From: Octopus vulgaris
Lineage: Eukaryota
Assembly (NCBI GenBank): GCA_951406725.2
Contig: OX597820.1
Span: 100,502,001-100,566,000, forward strand
Length of the DNA stretch: 64,000 nt
Direction of reading: 5' to 3'
A program made the position numbers and the translations under genes. The notes under the pieces are model-generated. The model made no database searches. It worked only from the letters and a program-made list of their open reading frames with translations, and had not been told where the DNA came from. Shown here one piece after another: positions 52,092 through 64,000 of this stretch. Every line of letters starts with the position of its first letter. Position 1 is the stretch's first letter.

Positions 52092-52291
52092 TTTTATCTT
52101 TAACTTGTTTCAGTCTTTAGACTATAACCATGATAGAATACCACCTTGAGGTTATTTAATTGAACAAATTGATCGTGGACTTATTTCTAGGTCTGGTACC
52201 CATTCTATTGGCTTTCTTTTGCCAAACTGCTAAGTTACAGAGATGTAAACAAACCAACACTGATTGTCACACATAGATACAAACATTCATA

Positions 52292-52335
<44 letters not shown>

Positions 52336-52505
52336 CATACACACACACATATGATGGGCTTCTTTCAGTTTCTGTCTTCCACATCCACATACAAGGCTTT
52401 GGTCAACCTGGGGCTATAACAGAAGGCACAAACCTGAGGAGTCACACACTGGGATTGAATTGATGACCACATAGTTGGGAAGCAAGTTTTTTTTTACCAC
52501 ACAAC
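52092..52505 (-). mobile_element. SINE family A
   Basis: Reverse complement of the family A blocks with internal (TA)n. Confidence 0.8.
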
Positions 52506-52899
52506 GAAGTCTATACCAATGTGAGGAAAAATGAGGAAGAGACTTTCTTGGCAATCCATTTTAGTGTCTACTGACAACTTCTCAGAGGAAATATATGTGC
52601 CTGGTTTCTTTCCCCACAATAGGAGAGACCAATTTCTATATAAAGCAGTCCTAAATTTGGTTAGCTCCATAGTGGATAACCCAATTGCATATTTGATCTT
52701 TTCACAGCTTGTTATTAATAAAGCAATACTTATCTTATGCACAACATAGTATAAAGTAGAGGAATTTAAATAAAGTTAAACGTTACAAAACTTGATTTAT
52801 ATACAGAAAGATTTGGTTTGGCCTCACAAGTGAGTTTTATACATCTCATATATTTAAATCATATCTGAATTAGTGACCAGTAATTGTATGCAATGTCTC

Positions 52900-53766
52900 T
52901 GAAGCTCATCAACTCTTAATCCACCCAAGGCTTGTGGTTAAAAAATATACCACCTCGAGAACCCAGTTTCTACAAAAACTGTTCACTGGGAGCTGCACGA
53001 AGCTGGGTTTCATGTGGTGGGCTGTAATCAGAGAACCACTACTTTCAAAAACAAACGTTACTAAGTGTTTAGAGTGGGGCAAAAACCTACAGAATTGGTC
53101 CCTAGAGCAGTGGGAAAATGTTACTTTCTCAGACAAGTCATCCTTTACCTTATTTCCAACCACCAGCTGAGTATACATGTGGAGACAGCCAAAAGAAGCA
53201 TTTGACCCAGACTGCCTTCTTCCAACTGTTAAAAATAGAGGAGGATCTGTGACGATCTGGTGGGGGATGGGGGGGGGGCTAGATCTTGGAAATCTGCCAG
53301 CCCCAATGCTTTCCCTTCATGGCAGAATTAATAGTCAAGACTATTTAAGCATTTTATCTGATCAAATTCATCCTATGGTTGTGGAACTGTTTCCAGAGAG
53401 AAACACAATCTTTCACCAATTCACACAGCTAAAGTTGTTACTGAATGGTATGAGGAACCTTCTAGTGAAGTTGAACATTTTATCTAGTCACCACAGTTCC
53501 CAGATTTTAATATTATTGAACATTTATGGTGCATTTTAGGAAAACAAGTAAAGAGTCGATATCCTTCACCATCATCACTACAAGAACTCGAGACTGTTTT
53601 AGCTGAAGAATGGACAAAAATTCCTTTGGAAAGAATTCAAACTTTGTACGAGTCCATACCTCATAGAATTCAAGCTGTAAATACTGCCAAAGGCAGTCTT
53701 ACCCCATATTAAAATAAATTTGTTTGAAATTTTAAGGTGTTTCCATTATTTTGTCCAACCCCTGTA
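52900..53766 (+). mobile_element. Tc1-family transposase pseudogene with right terminus
   Basis: REPLLSKTNV...WSLEQWENVTFSDKSSF...WRQPKEAFDPDCLLPTVKNRGGSVTIW; ends ccattattttgtccaacccCTG-TA. Confidence 0.9.
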
Positions 53767-55433
53767 TATACACACACATATATATGCACACATACATATA
53801 TACACACAAACACATATTATATATGTATATATTTGCTGTTATATACATTAATATATATACATATATTAATCTCAATTATCCCAAAGTCTGTATTCTTTAT
53901 GTACCAATATCTTCTCAATCATAGTAACATTGTGTTTTTGTTTTTTCTCATTCATTCTTAGTAACCATATTTTTTTTGGTTTCATATACTCTGATAACTT
54001 TGCATAAAGATGTTACTTAATGCATGTTTTATTAAGTTCCGATTCCTTACATCAAAAGTAAACTGTTTCACTCCTTCACTTGTGAAAAATCCTCTTTGTT
54101 CAGTTTGCAGATTAATTTCTCATGCAATCCACATGAAAATTCTAAAATGTAGAATAGAATCTATCTCATTCAATAACTTAGAGAGCAAGTGCAGTGTATC
54201 TAAGCAGAAAGTAAATTGAATCATATATCCAAATTGTTTAGACAGATATGTAGAGGAAATTTTTTCAAACTGCATAGATGAAACAGCTCTGAAACAGGTT
54301 TTGGTGTTACAGTATTATATAAACCACAGAGTATAAGTCTGAAAGGTGTCTAGGTTTTGACACTAAGTTCATTTGGTGCTTGTGATATGACAAATGCATT
54401 TAATTGTGTTTGAAAGTTGGCTAACAGTCGGAAAACTGCCATGGAATCCATTTCTGCTTAAAAGTTGATTTCTAGTGTCCTTTGCATGCACAGGCTCATG
54501 TGCACAAATACACACACACATGTATGAACAACTATACATACACATGTACATGCACACACACACAGATATATATGCATACATATATACATACATACATACA
54601 CACACACATACATAAATACATACATACATACATACATATATACATACATACATACATATATACACACCTGTATATGTATATTTGAAAATTACATTGTTGT
54701 AGCACTATGAGAGACTGTATTGATATATTGTTTTTAGGTGATGAGCTAATACCAACTTGATACTCTATATCTTTCCAATTTAAGAAGCTGAACTTAGCAC
54801 TGCAAGGAAACGAAACTCTTGACAACAGTTTCGATCAGAGCTCAACCTTAATTTAAACATCACCATCACTTATTCCAATAGAAACATATTTCAAACTTAT
54901 TATGAGGCTCACATGTAAAGTCCTAGCACCCCATATATTGTACACACCTGTTCTAAACCTTCCTTTTTGTAACAGATATATGATAAAAGTAACTTTGTTT
55001 ACCAGATTTCTTCTTTATTTTCACCTCTGAATAAACAAGAAATAGACAAACAGGTTTCAAAAAGTCTATATATCTTTTTAAAGAATATCTAAATATATCA
55101 ATGATTCTGATAATAAATAATGGTATTATTTTATTACACTCAAAACTAATTTTATAGTCAAGGAGGTATACTAAAGTGAAGGAAATTTTACGTGCTAGCA
55201 CAATTTATTTTACTTTTAATTAGCTTCATGTCAATTCTTATTGAGTAAACTGATAATCTAAGAAATTACAGCTGTAACAATTTCCATGATTGCATAATAG
55301 CGTATCTATGACTATGTTATGTGATAAGTATTTCCTTATTTCAGATGACAGTATGGAATTTAAGGGTGATTTGGTTGCTATTTCTAGCAGTTAAACTACT
55401 ACAGCAGATTGTGTAAGTTATACCACATCTGTC

Positions 55434-55788
55434 TTCTTTTGTCTTTTACTTGTTTCAGTCACTAAACTGGAGCCATGCTGGAGCACTACCTCGAAAGGTT
55501 GGATGAATTGACCCCCCAGTACTTATTTTTTTAGAGCCTGGTACTTATGCTATCAGTCCCCCTTTTTTTTTTTTTTACCAAACTGATAAGTTATGGGGAA
55601 GTAAACAAACCAAGTCTGGTTGTCAAACACACACACGACAGGCTTCTTTTAGTGTCCATCATTCAAATCAACTCATGAGGCTTTAGTTGGCCTGGCGCTA
55701 CAATAGAAGTCACTTGCCCAAGGTGCCATGTAGTGGGACTGGACCCAGAGCCATGTGGCTGGTAAGCAAATTTCTTACTACACAGCCT
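55434..55788 (-). mobile_element. SINE family A
   Basis: Reverse complement of the family A blocks. Confidence 0.8.
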
Positions 55789-55889
55789 ACATCTAACACA
55801 AGCTATCATTTAAAAATTATATCTATATTGTAAACATTTCTGAAGTCTGCTTTTATTTTCAACATCAACTTATCTACAGAGATCAACAT

Positions 55890-56560
55890 TATCATGTTTG
55901 TCATTGTTTTAACATTCACTTTTAATGCTCGCACGGTTTGGCTGGTGTTCACTGGGGCAGATTTTCTACAGTCAGATGTTGCCAACCTTCACCTGTTTCT
56001 AAATAAGGTAATATTTTCCCCATGGAAAATATGTTTCCATGAATGATGAAAAACAAAATGACACTACTTGTATGAGGGTAACACTTATTTATAACTACTG
56101 TGTGATGTCAAGATAACACACACACACACATACATGATAAACTATTTTCAGTTTCTATCTTCCATGACTACTCACAGGTGGAAGCAAGTGGCTTAGTGGT
56201 CAGAGTGTTGAACTCATGATCGTGAGATTGTGGTTTCGATTTCTGGTTTTCATTGTAGTTTTGATTCGCGAGTAGTGCATTTGTGTTCCTGAGCAAAACA
56301 CTTCATTTTACATTACTCCAGCTCACTCAGCTAGCAAAAATGAGTAATCCTCAACGGCCCAGCATCCCATTCAGGTGGGGAGAATTTATACATCATGAAA
56401 CTGGGAAACTGGCCCTTTACTTTACTTTATGTCTACTCACAAGGCTTCAATCAGCTCAGAGCTATGTAGAAGAAGCCTGGTTTAGGAGTCACACAGTGGA
56501 ATTGAACTCAGTACTATGCAGTTAGGAAGCGAACTCTTAATCATTCAGCTATGCCTGTGC
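55890..56560 (-). mobile_element. SINE D interrupted by SINE C (56178-56425, +)
   Basis: The D head is broken at ctactcaca and resumes at ~56433 (ctactcacaagg). Confidence 0.65.
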
Positions 56561-58460
56561 TTCAATGTTATTGTCTATTTCATAATTCACAGATGAATGA
56601 AAAGCAAAGCTAACTATGACCAAATTCAAGCCCACAATACAGATGTACCAAAGTAGATATTGTAGTATTTAGCACTATTCTCTATAGTTCTGCATTGAAA
56701 CCTGACTAGTGGTAACTTTGTTTAGTTTTGCAATTCTTTGCCTGTCCTGGTATCACATGTGGATACACAAGGCATATTTCCCTGGTACATGGTTTGGCTG
56801 GTGTTCATTGGGGCAGTCAGATGTTGCCAATCTTCATGTATTTCCCAAATAAGGTAATATTTTCCCCATGGAAAATATGTTTCCATGAATGATGGAAAAC
56901 AAAATGACACTACTTGCATGAGGGTGACACTCATTTATAACTACTGTGTGATGTCAAGACAATACACACAGAGTAACTTAGGACTTATGAAGAGAAAGCT
57001 TTATATGACACAGAACATATGAAACAAGGTCTAACTAAAAGGTTAGTAAAAATAAGTGCTGGTATTATATTAAGTCAATTTAGTTGATAATACTTCACCT
57101 TTCTCACAAAAACTGGTTCCTATGTGTAGTTATTTCACTTACATTAATACTGCTTTTCAGAAACATTATGCCCTTCAAAAGCTCTATTTCTTACCCATAT
57201 ATGAAGTTGATTAAAGATACTTATGATAATGAAATCTCAAGTGCTATCACACTGATTAGCATGATAATGAAATCTCAAGTGCTATCTCAAGTGCATGATG
57301 GTCACAGTAATCTGAAGTTAACACTGGTCATGATTTCAACAAGATTTATCAGCTTATAAAAATTAGTTAATTAACAGTTATTAACTCATTAATCAGAAAT
57401 CAACAATAACCAATGAAGAGCTTCTTGCCATTCGGTATTTATTATGTGATTTCAATATCACACTTTCTTCACTTTGATGTAATTTTTATGGAAGTCATTA
57501 TAGTTTTGCTGTTGTCTAATGTTAAAATTTCTCTTTGACTTTTTCATTTCATAATTAGGAATTTTTAAAGCTGAAATATTAAAACAAAAAACATAATTTT
57601 CTCTACAATCTGTATCAGTTAAGTAGCTTTCTTCAATTTCCATCCTTAGAGCTATATAACAATACTGTAAAGCAACAATGATTTCTTTCTAGACTTGAAT
57701 CTCGACATATCTATTCATCAAATTATTTATTATATCTCTTCTCTCAAGGAAGAAAATCCTGTATATTGAGAAATATGAATTGCAAAGGAGAAATCAATAA
57801 AATGTTTAACCACTACATGCAGAGGCATGTTATGATTGGTATTGTTGTGTCTTTTGCTGATGATACAATACACCGTTATAACCATTTATGTGTCAGAAAA
57901 ATAAGTAAAAGGAAAGAGAGAGAGAGAGAGAGTAAAAGAGATAATGTCTTCTTGGTAGGCTGTTGAAATAACTGGTACTAACAAATTAACTTTTGTTTCA
58001 TTAGTGCTGTAGCATTACTGAAACCAGGGGCTGTTAGATCTGGTTGGGTGATATTTTTTGCCAATAACATCTATTCACTCTCATAAGAATTTCATTTGCT
58101 TTAAGACCAAGTAGGGTAAAAAGCCAGGGTAGCTTGAAGATATTTCAAATGAGACATGTCAACCATCACAAACATCAAAGTTTAAATGTTTAGTACTGAA
58201 AATACTAAGTGACCAATATGATATTTAAATCATGAAATGATAACAACAAAAGATATTTTGGGGACAATATTTTGCCAGTATAATAGGTTGTTTTGAATAA
58301 ATCACTTTGGTTGGTTTTGCGACAGCTAAAAGTTGATTGGTTTGAATGGTAGACTGTCAAAGTGCCAAGACCAAATGTGTTAACATATGAAGAGGAGGGA
58401 ATATCTAAATTGATAAAGTGAAATAAAAAAAAAAATCCGAATGAAGAAAAATTTATTTAC

Positions 58461-58566
58461 CTTGCGGTGAGTTGCCATATTTTTCTGCAACAAACTTCAA
58501 ATCTGCATGCATATCAATTTCTGTTTCGATTGTACTTGACTGTGAATTTGCAAAATTTATGAACAC
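58461..58566 (-). CDS. ABCA: Internal exon near the C-terminus of an ABCA-family (ABCA1/2/4/12/13-like) lipid transporter; VFINFANSQSSTIETEIDMHADLKFVAEKYGNSPQ
   Basis: Minus strand reads ttattttattgtAG|GTGTTCATAAATTTTGCA...CCGCAAG|GTaaat. The exon is 106 nt, open, starts in phase 0 and ends in phase 1. It begins with VFINFA, the ABCA C-terminal VFVNFA/VFINFA motif; human ABCA1 also has an intron just before this motif. Absent from the ORF track because it is short. Paralog cannot be assigned. Confidence 0.8.
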
Positions 58567-58835
58567 CTACAATAAAATAACATGAAAATAACATCAAGTT
58601 TAATTAAAATATGAAATTATGTAAATATATAATTGCTTTCACTCAGTAAAAGTAAGTATTGTAGCACTTTTGAAATATCACTGAAATAAAGAATTAAAGA
58701 TACCAGATATGAGCTTGGAGGACAAAAGCTAAACAAATTTTGTTTTTCCAGTTCCAGCTCAGAGCTGCGGCCATGCTGATGCACCGTCGTTAAAAAAATT
58801 TTTTTAAACACAAAAAAGAAAGTGTAAAATCATAG

Positions 58836-59160
58836 ACTTTGCTATACCATATTGATAGTAGAGTGGATACCAAAGAAATTTAGAAAATTAAGAAATATCA
58901 AGACCAAGCCAGAGAGATGAAGAACTTGTGAGGCAGAAATGTGACAATTATTCCTGTGGTGCACTTGGCATAACACCCAAAAAGTTACCTAAGAAATTGA
59001 AGAAAATTGGAATTGAGATATGTACTGTTACTCTGTAGAAAAGTGCCACCCAGTAAACTGCAAGAATCCTAAGGAAGATTCCTGAGATATGAGGAGGTTT
59101 GTTGTCACCAAACCTCAAGATTGCATTTTTTGCTCATTAAATTCACATGTAATATTTTGA
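58836..59160 (+). mobile_element. R4/Dong-clade (RLE) LINE 3' fragment, copy 1
   Basis: DSRVDTKEI*KIKKYQD.AREMK.L...VTIIPV..ALG...TARILRK; followed by (TAA)n. Confidence 0.75.
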
Positions 59161-59254
59161 ATAATAATGATGATGATGATAATAATAATGATAATAATAA
59201 TAATAATAGTAATAATAATAATAATAATAATAATGATAATAATAATAATAATAA

Positions 59255-60130
59255 TTTTCCTGCATGGAAAATACCCTAACTGCCTGTCCAAGCCAGATAT
59301 TGATCAAAATGTAACACACCAATGGCTACAAGGGACAGGTCTGAAAGGGGAAACAGAAGGGTTTGTTATTGCAGTGCAAGATCAGAGCTTACCTATCAGA
59401 AACTACAATGCAAACATCCTTAAAGATGAATCTGACCCCTTGTGCAGAATTTGTGAAAAATTCAAAGAGACAATTGATCATGTTGTTTCTGGCTGCCCAG
59501 TCCTCGCTGAAAAGGAGTACCTCATAGGACATGACAGACGAAGGCAGTACATCCACTGGAATGCTTGTAAATACAACAAAATTAAATCCCATGATAAGTG
59601 GTACAGGCATCATCCAGAGGATGTAGTAAATGGTGAGGGCGTCACCATCCTTTGGAACTTCTCAATACAAACAGACAGAAAAATTGACTCCAATTGACCA
59701 GACATTGTGATCAAGGACTACAACAGAGAAACTTGTCTGTTAATAACTATGTCTGTCCCACAAGATCAAAATGTCTCAAGAAAAGAATATGAAAAGCTTT
59801 CTCACTATAAAGATCTGCAAATTGAAATAATGTGGAAGCTTAATACTATGATAATACCAGTGGTAATTGGCATGTTGGGAATGATAAAGAAGGGAGCTGA
59901 GAAGTATATTAAGCAACTCCTTGGTAACTTCAATCTTCGTGAACTACAAAAGATAACTTTGATGGGTACAGCCCATATACTATGGAAAGCAATTTCCATC
60001 TAAAATGGAATAAATGTGGTGATAATTTTAGCATGCATAGCAAAACAAAAGTGCCTTTGCTACTCTTGGCTTCTGGAAGATGCCTGGTAGAGGCAGCTGA
60101 AAAAAATGTTATAATGAAAAGAAACCATAA
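59255..60130 (+). mobile_element. R4/Dong-clade LINE 3' part, copy 2 (CCHC zinc knuckle + RLE endonuclease)
   Basis: LHGKY..WL..GLKGETEGFVIAVQDQSL..CRICEKFKETIDHVVSGC..ILWNFSIQTDR..PDIV..KEYEKLSHYKDL..IPVVIG.LG..GTAHIL; preceded by (TAA)n. Confidence 0.9.
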
Positions 60131-60163
60131 ATGATGATGATGATAATATTTTAAAGGATTGAC

Positions 60164-60870
60164 CTAACTCTTCATAAATCTAAAATGTTTGGCAAGTTCT
60201 GTTGAACTACTGACATCATATCTGTGCCCATTGAATCTTTTGTTTAATTGTTCTGTTATACATCCAACATAAATAAAGTTGTGTTTGGTGCATTCTGCTG
60301 CATACACCAAATGGGAATCCCTACATGTCCCACCTTCCATGTAAATCATAACATTTCTGTTATGATCCCTGATGAAATTGACTTGACTCATGTTGTTGCA
60401 GAATGATTAGGGCTTACCTCTCTTGCAGCTGTTTTTCAAAGTACAGCATGCAGAAACTCTAGTGTTAGTTTTTTTTTGAGTCAGAAGTAGAGGTTAATAG
60501 CTCTCTCATATTTTAATTCCATCTAAAGGCTACAACAGATGGCTGAGGAAACAAGGATATTTTTCTGCAACATGCTGGTAACTTTCCTGTAACACTTTTG
60601 AAATGCCAGCGAAATTTCAGTACCAGTTAATCACTAAAAGAATTCTGTCACATATTGTACTTTGTTTGCTAAAATTATGCATGAAAATTTGACTTCCTTT
60701 GCTAATCTTAGTTATGCCATTTGCAATTTCCGTTAATCATGATTCACTGTAACTGCATTTGATATAATGGTGTACGAAAGTATTTTTATGTTTCCAGTCA
60801 TCCCCTATATCAGTACAAACCTGCTTTATCTTCAAACGTTGGGATTTCAGATTTGACCAAGTTATATGAT
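60164..60870 (-). mobile_element. Penelope-like fossil: RT thumb/linker plus GIY-YIG endonuclease
   Basis: LKSQRLKIKQVCT (cf. YSQ.LRI.RIC); FPQPSVVAFRWN*NMRELL; TCRDSHLVYAAECTKHNFIYVG..EQLNKRFNGHR. Confidence 0.8.
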
Positions 60871-60954
60871 GTGATATCATTCAACCAATAAAATATCTTT
60901 AACAATCACATTGCATTCGTTGTATTGTCTAATAATAATAATAATAATCACAAT

Positions 60955-61758
60955 AAATCCAAACTAAAACAACAACAGCAACGGACCACGATAAAACGAT
61001 GGCAAGAAAAGCCCCTTCATGGCAAATACTGGACTAAACTAAATGCAAAACAAATAGACAGAGAAAAATCCCAGCAATGGTTGAGAAGCTCAGGACTCAA
61101 AGCAGAGACTGAAGGACTTTTAATTGCAGCACAAGACCAAAGCCTCCCCACTAGAATTTACCAAAAACATGTAATGAAAAGAAATATAACAGGTAACTGC
61201 AGAATATGTGGAGATGGACAAGAAACAATAAATCATATTATGTCTGGCTGCCCAGTCCTGGCTAAGAAGGAATATATTCACAGACAGAACAGCCATATTC
61301 TGGGATATGCCAATACACACAGATAGAGAAATTAAGGCCAGTAGGCCAGATATAGTTGTCAGAGATCATGAAGGAAAAAAATGCTTTCTAATTGATGTAT
61401 CAATACCAGCAGATGACAACGTTTCTCTAAAAGAAATGGAGAAAGTTTCAAAACACAAAGACCTGGAAATAGAGGTAACTCGAAAATGGAATCTTAAAAC
61501 AAAAACAATTCCTATCATGGTAGGTGCATTAGGCATGATAAAAAATATTCAGACAAATACATGACAAAAACACCAGGACTTACAAATATATATAACATAC
61601 AGAAAAATTGCACTACTGGGCACTGCACACATCCTACGCAAAACACTTTCAATACAGTAACCATAAGAGAATCACAGCAAACCACAGCACATACCCAAGG
61701 CACACAGAGCTGCGCTCGGTAGTGAAGTGAAAGCATGTTATAAAAATAAAACTACTGA
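60955..61758 (+). mobile_element. R4/Dong-clade LINE 3' part, copy 3
   Basis: WQEKPLHGKY..WLRSSGLKAETEGLLIAAQDQSL..CRICGDGQETINHIMSGC..RPDIVVRD..CFLIDVSIP; (TAA)n on both sides. Confidence 0.9.
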
Positions 61759-61786
61759 ATAATAATAATGATAATAATAATAATAA

Positions 61787-62147
61787 TCATCATCATCGTT
61801 TAACGTCCGTTTTTCCATGCTAGCATGGGTTGGACAGTTCAACTGGGGTTTGGGAAGCCAGAAGGCTGCACCAGGCCCAGTCTGATCTGGCAGTGTTTCT
61901 ACAGCTGGATGCCCTTCCTAACACCAACCACTCCATGTGGGTGCTTTTTACGTGCCACCTGCACAGGTGCCAGACGAGGCTGGCAAATGGCCACGATCGG
62001 ATGGTGCTTTTTACGTGCCACTGGCACAGAGGCCAGTTGGGGCGGTGCTGGCAACGGTCACGTTTGGATGGTTCTCTTACGTGCCACCGGCACTGGTATC
62101 ACAGCTACAATTTCCATTGATGTTGATCGATTTCGATTTTGATTTTC
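61787..62147 (-). mobile_element. 3'UTR-only copy of the RTE element
   Basis: Reverse complement begins aaatcaaaatcgaaatc, matching ~4523 in the long RTE copy. Confidence 0.85.
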
Positions 62148-62193
62148 AAATAATAATAATAATAATAATAATAATGATAATAATAATAATAAT

Positions 62194-62755
62194 AAGGTGG
62201 TAAGCTGGTAGAATCATTAGCACACTGGACAAAATGCTTAGCAGTATTTCATCTTTTCAAATTCTGCCAGGGTAAGCTTTGCCTTTCATTCTTTTAGGGC
62301 CAATGAAATAAATATAAGTTAAATGTAATCAACTGGGGTCAATGTAATTGACTGGTCCCTTCCCCACAAATTTCAGAAGCATTAGCACATCAGGAAAAAT
62401 GCTTAGTGGCATTTCTTCTGGTTGTATATTCTGAGTTCCAATGGAGACGAGGTCAACTTTACTTTTTATCCCTTCAGTTGAGCACTGGAGTCAATGTAAT
62501 TACATAAACCACCCACAAAAATTACCGGCCTTGTGCATATAGTAGAATAGATTATTATTATTAATATTATTATTACTATAATAAGGTGGTGAGCTTTCAG
62601 AATTATTAGCGTGCTGAGGAAAATGCTTAACAACATTTCATTCATCTTCACATTTTGAATTCAAAATCTACTGAGGTCGACTTTGTCTTTCATCCTTTTG
62701 GGGTTTATAAAATAAGTAACAGCTGAACACTGAAATTGGTTGCCTTGTGCCAAAA
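62194..62755 (+). mobile_element. Three tandem SINE-B copies with (TAA)n/(ATT)n spacers
   Basis: Repeated aaaatgcttag and ggtc(a/g)actttg blocks. Confidence 0.8.
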
Positions 62756-63809
62756 TTATTATTATTATTATTATTACTATTACTATTATAATTAAAGAAG
62801 AAAAAAAACCAACAACAGGGAGAATAATACCAACAATAACAACAACCACTTCTACCACCTGTTCAGTTTTGTTTGAGTAGGAGTACAACATGGAGATTGT
62901 GGAACAAATAATGCATTCAAGCAATATTTCCTATCATGCTTGTTTGATTTAAAGACAGTAGGGGTATTTGTTGAGAAAAAATTTGGTTGTTATACCAAGC
63001 AATTTGAATAACTACAACAGTAACTGGCTTATATAATTGGCTATAACAATATAGATAATGCATAATGCCTTCATACACATGAATCTTCATATAACAGTAT
63101 GATGTATGAAAATGAAAGTTTTCAACTTGAACAAAGTTGTGCTTCTTGATAGAGAGAACAACTCAAAGTATAAATGAAGAATATTATTTTGAAATCTTTC
63201 TACATTGCGAAAATGGTAGATATAAATCAATAGATAAATCTTTAGTTCCATTAAAAGATAAAAGAACAGGCACTTTTGACAGTTTTCTCAATATAGCATG
63301 AGATGATTAAAGTGTAATCAGAAGAGATTGTGTGTAGTTTTTTAAACAGCATTTGTAAGTGTGTGTGTGTGTGTGTGTGTACAGTCTTTTTGTTGTTTTC
63401 ATCAAAAGAGTGAGAATGTTCAAGCCACAGTTAAATTTAGCTGGACATGCTGCTGGACATAAAAAGTATTTCAAACTACAATCCTTTTGAATGTAATTAG
63501 TGTATGTTATTGTTGTAGCTGCAAAATGGTAAAATGGTTAAGCGTTTGCTTCACAACCTTGAGATCCTTGGTTCAATCCCAATGTAATTGTAATCTTAAC
63601 TACACAGTTATATCTTCAGCTACGCAGACACACACACACACACACACATATATATCATCATCATCATCAATATTGTTAAATTTCTATTTTTTATGTTAGT
63701 ATGGAGTAGATAGTTTGACAGGAGGGGATGAGCCAGAGAACCATGCCAAGCTCCAATGTCTGGATGCCCTTCTTAATGCCAACCACTTCACAGAATGTAC
63801 TAAAAAAGG

Positions 63810-64000
63810 TAAAGGTGAAGCTTCCTCCTCAAGTCATACTGACACATAAGGGCTGGTTTTCATGGTGTACAAATTCCGCACCTGGATGGGACGCTGGTGT
63901 GTCGCAGGATTACTCATTTTTGCCAGCTGAGTGGACTGAAGTAATGTGAAATGGAGTGTTTTGCTCAAGAACACAATGCATCACCTGGTCCAAGAATTGA
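63810..64000 (-). mobile_element. SINE family C, cut by window end; RTE-tail fragment at 63655-63800
   Basis: ttactcatttttgccagctgagtggactg...ttttgctcaagaacacaa. Confidence 0.78.

Noticed and set aside
51665-52749. Non-repetitive ORFs 51665-51988 and 52494-52742 (also 57458-57643) as extra exons
   Set aside because: No recognisable homology and no convincing splice-site pair.
62855-62924. YSYSNKTEQ|V on the minus strand as the preceding ABCA exon (cf. YSVSQTTLEQ)
   Set aside because: One residue short, upstream residues do not resemble ABCA, and no convincing acceptor.

Overview
Very AT-rich, microsatellite-laden eukaryotic DNA. The SINE/LINE repertoire suggests an octopus or other coleoid cephalopod (inference). 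One host gene is visible, on the minus strand: the 3' end of an ABCA-family lipid transporter. It has a 106-nt exon at 58461-58566 starting with the VFINFA motif and a phase-compatible probable terminal exon at 17012-17229, separated by about 41 kb. The rest is mostly transposon debris: Tc1 and mariner fossils, a hAT/Buster fossil, hAT and piggyBac-like MITEs, RTE and CR1-like LINEs, three R4/Dong-type LINE ends in (TAA)n, Penelope-like (GIY-YIG) fossils, and at least four tRNA-SINE types. The most notable signal is a recurring class of short non-coding inserts, mostly inside (TA)n tracts. They form long fold-back palindromes and carry about a dozen type-I minimal hammerhead-ribozyme-like motifs from several unrelated sequence families, consistent with Penelope pLTR-derived, retrozyme-like mini-elements. 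All motif and homology calls were made by eye, and repeat boundaries are approximate.
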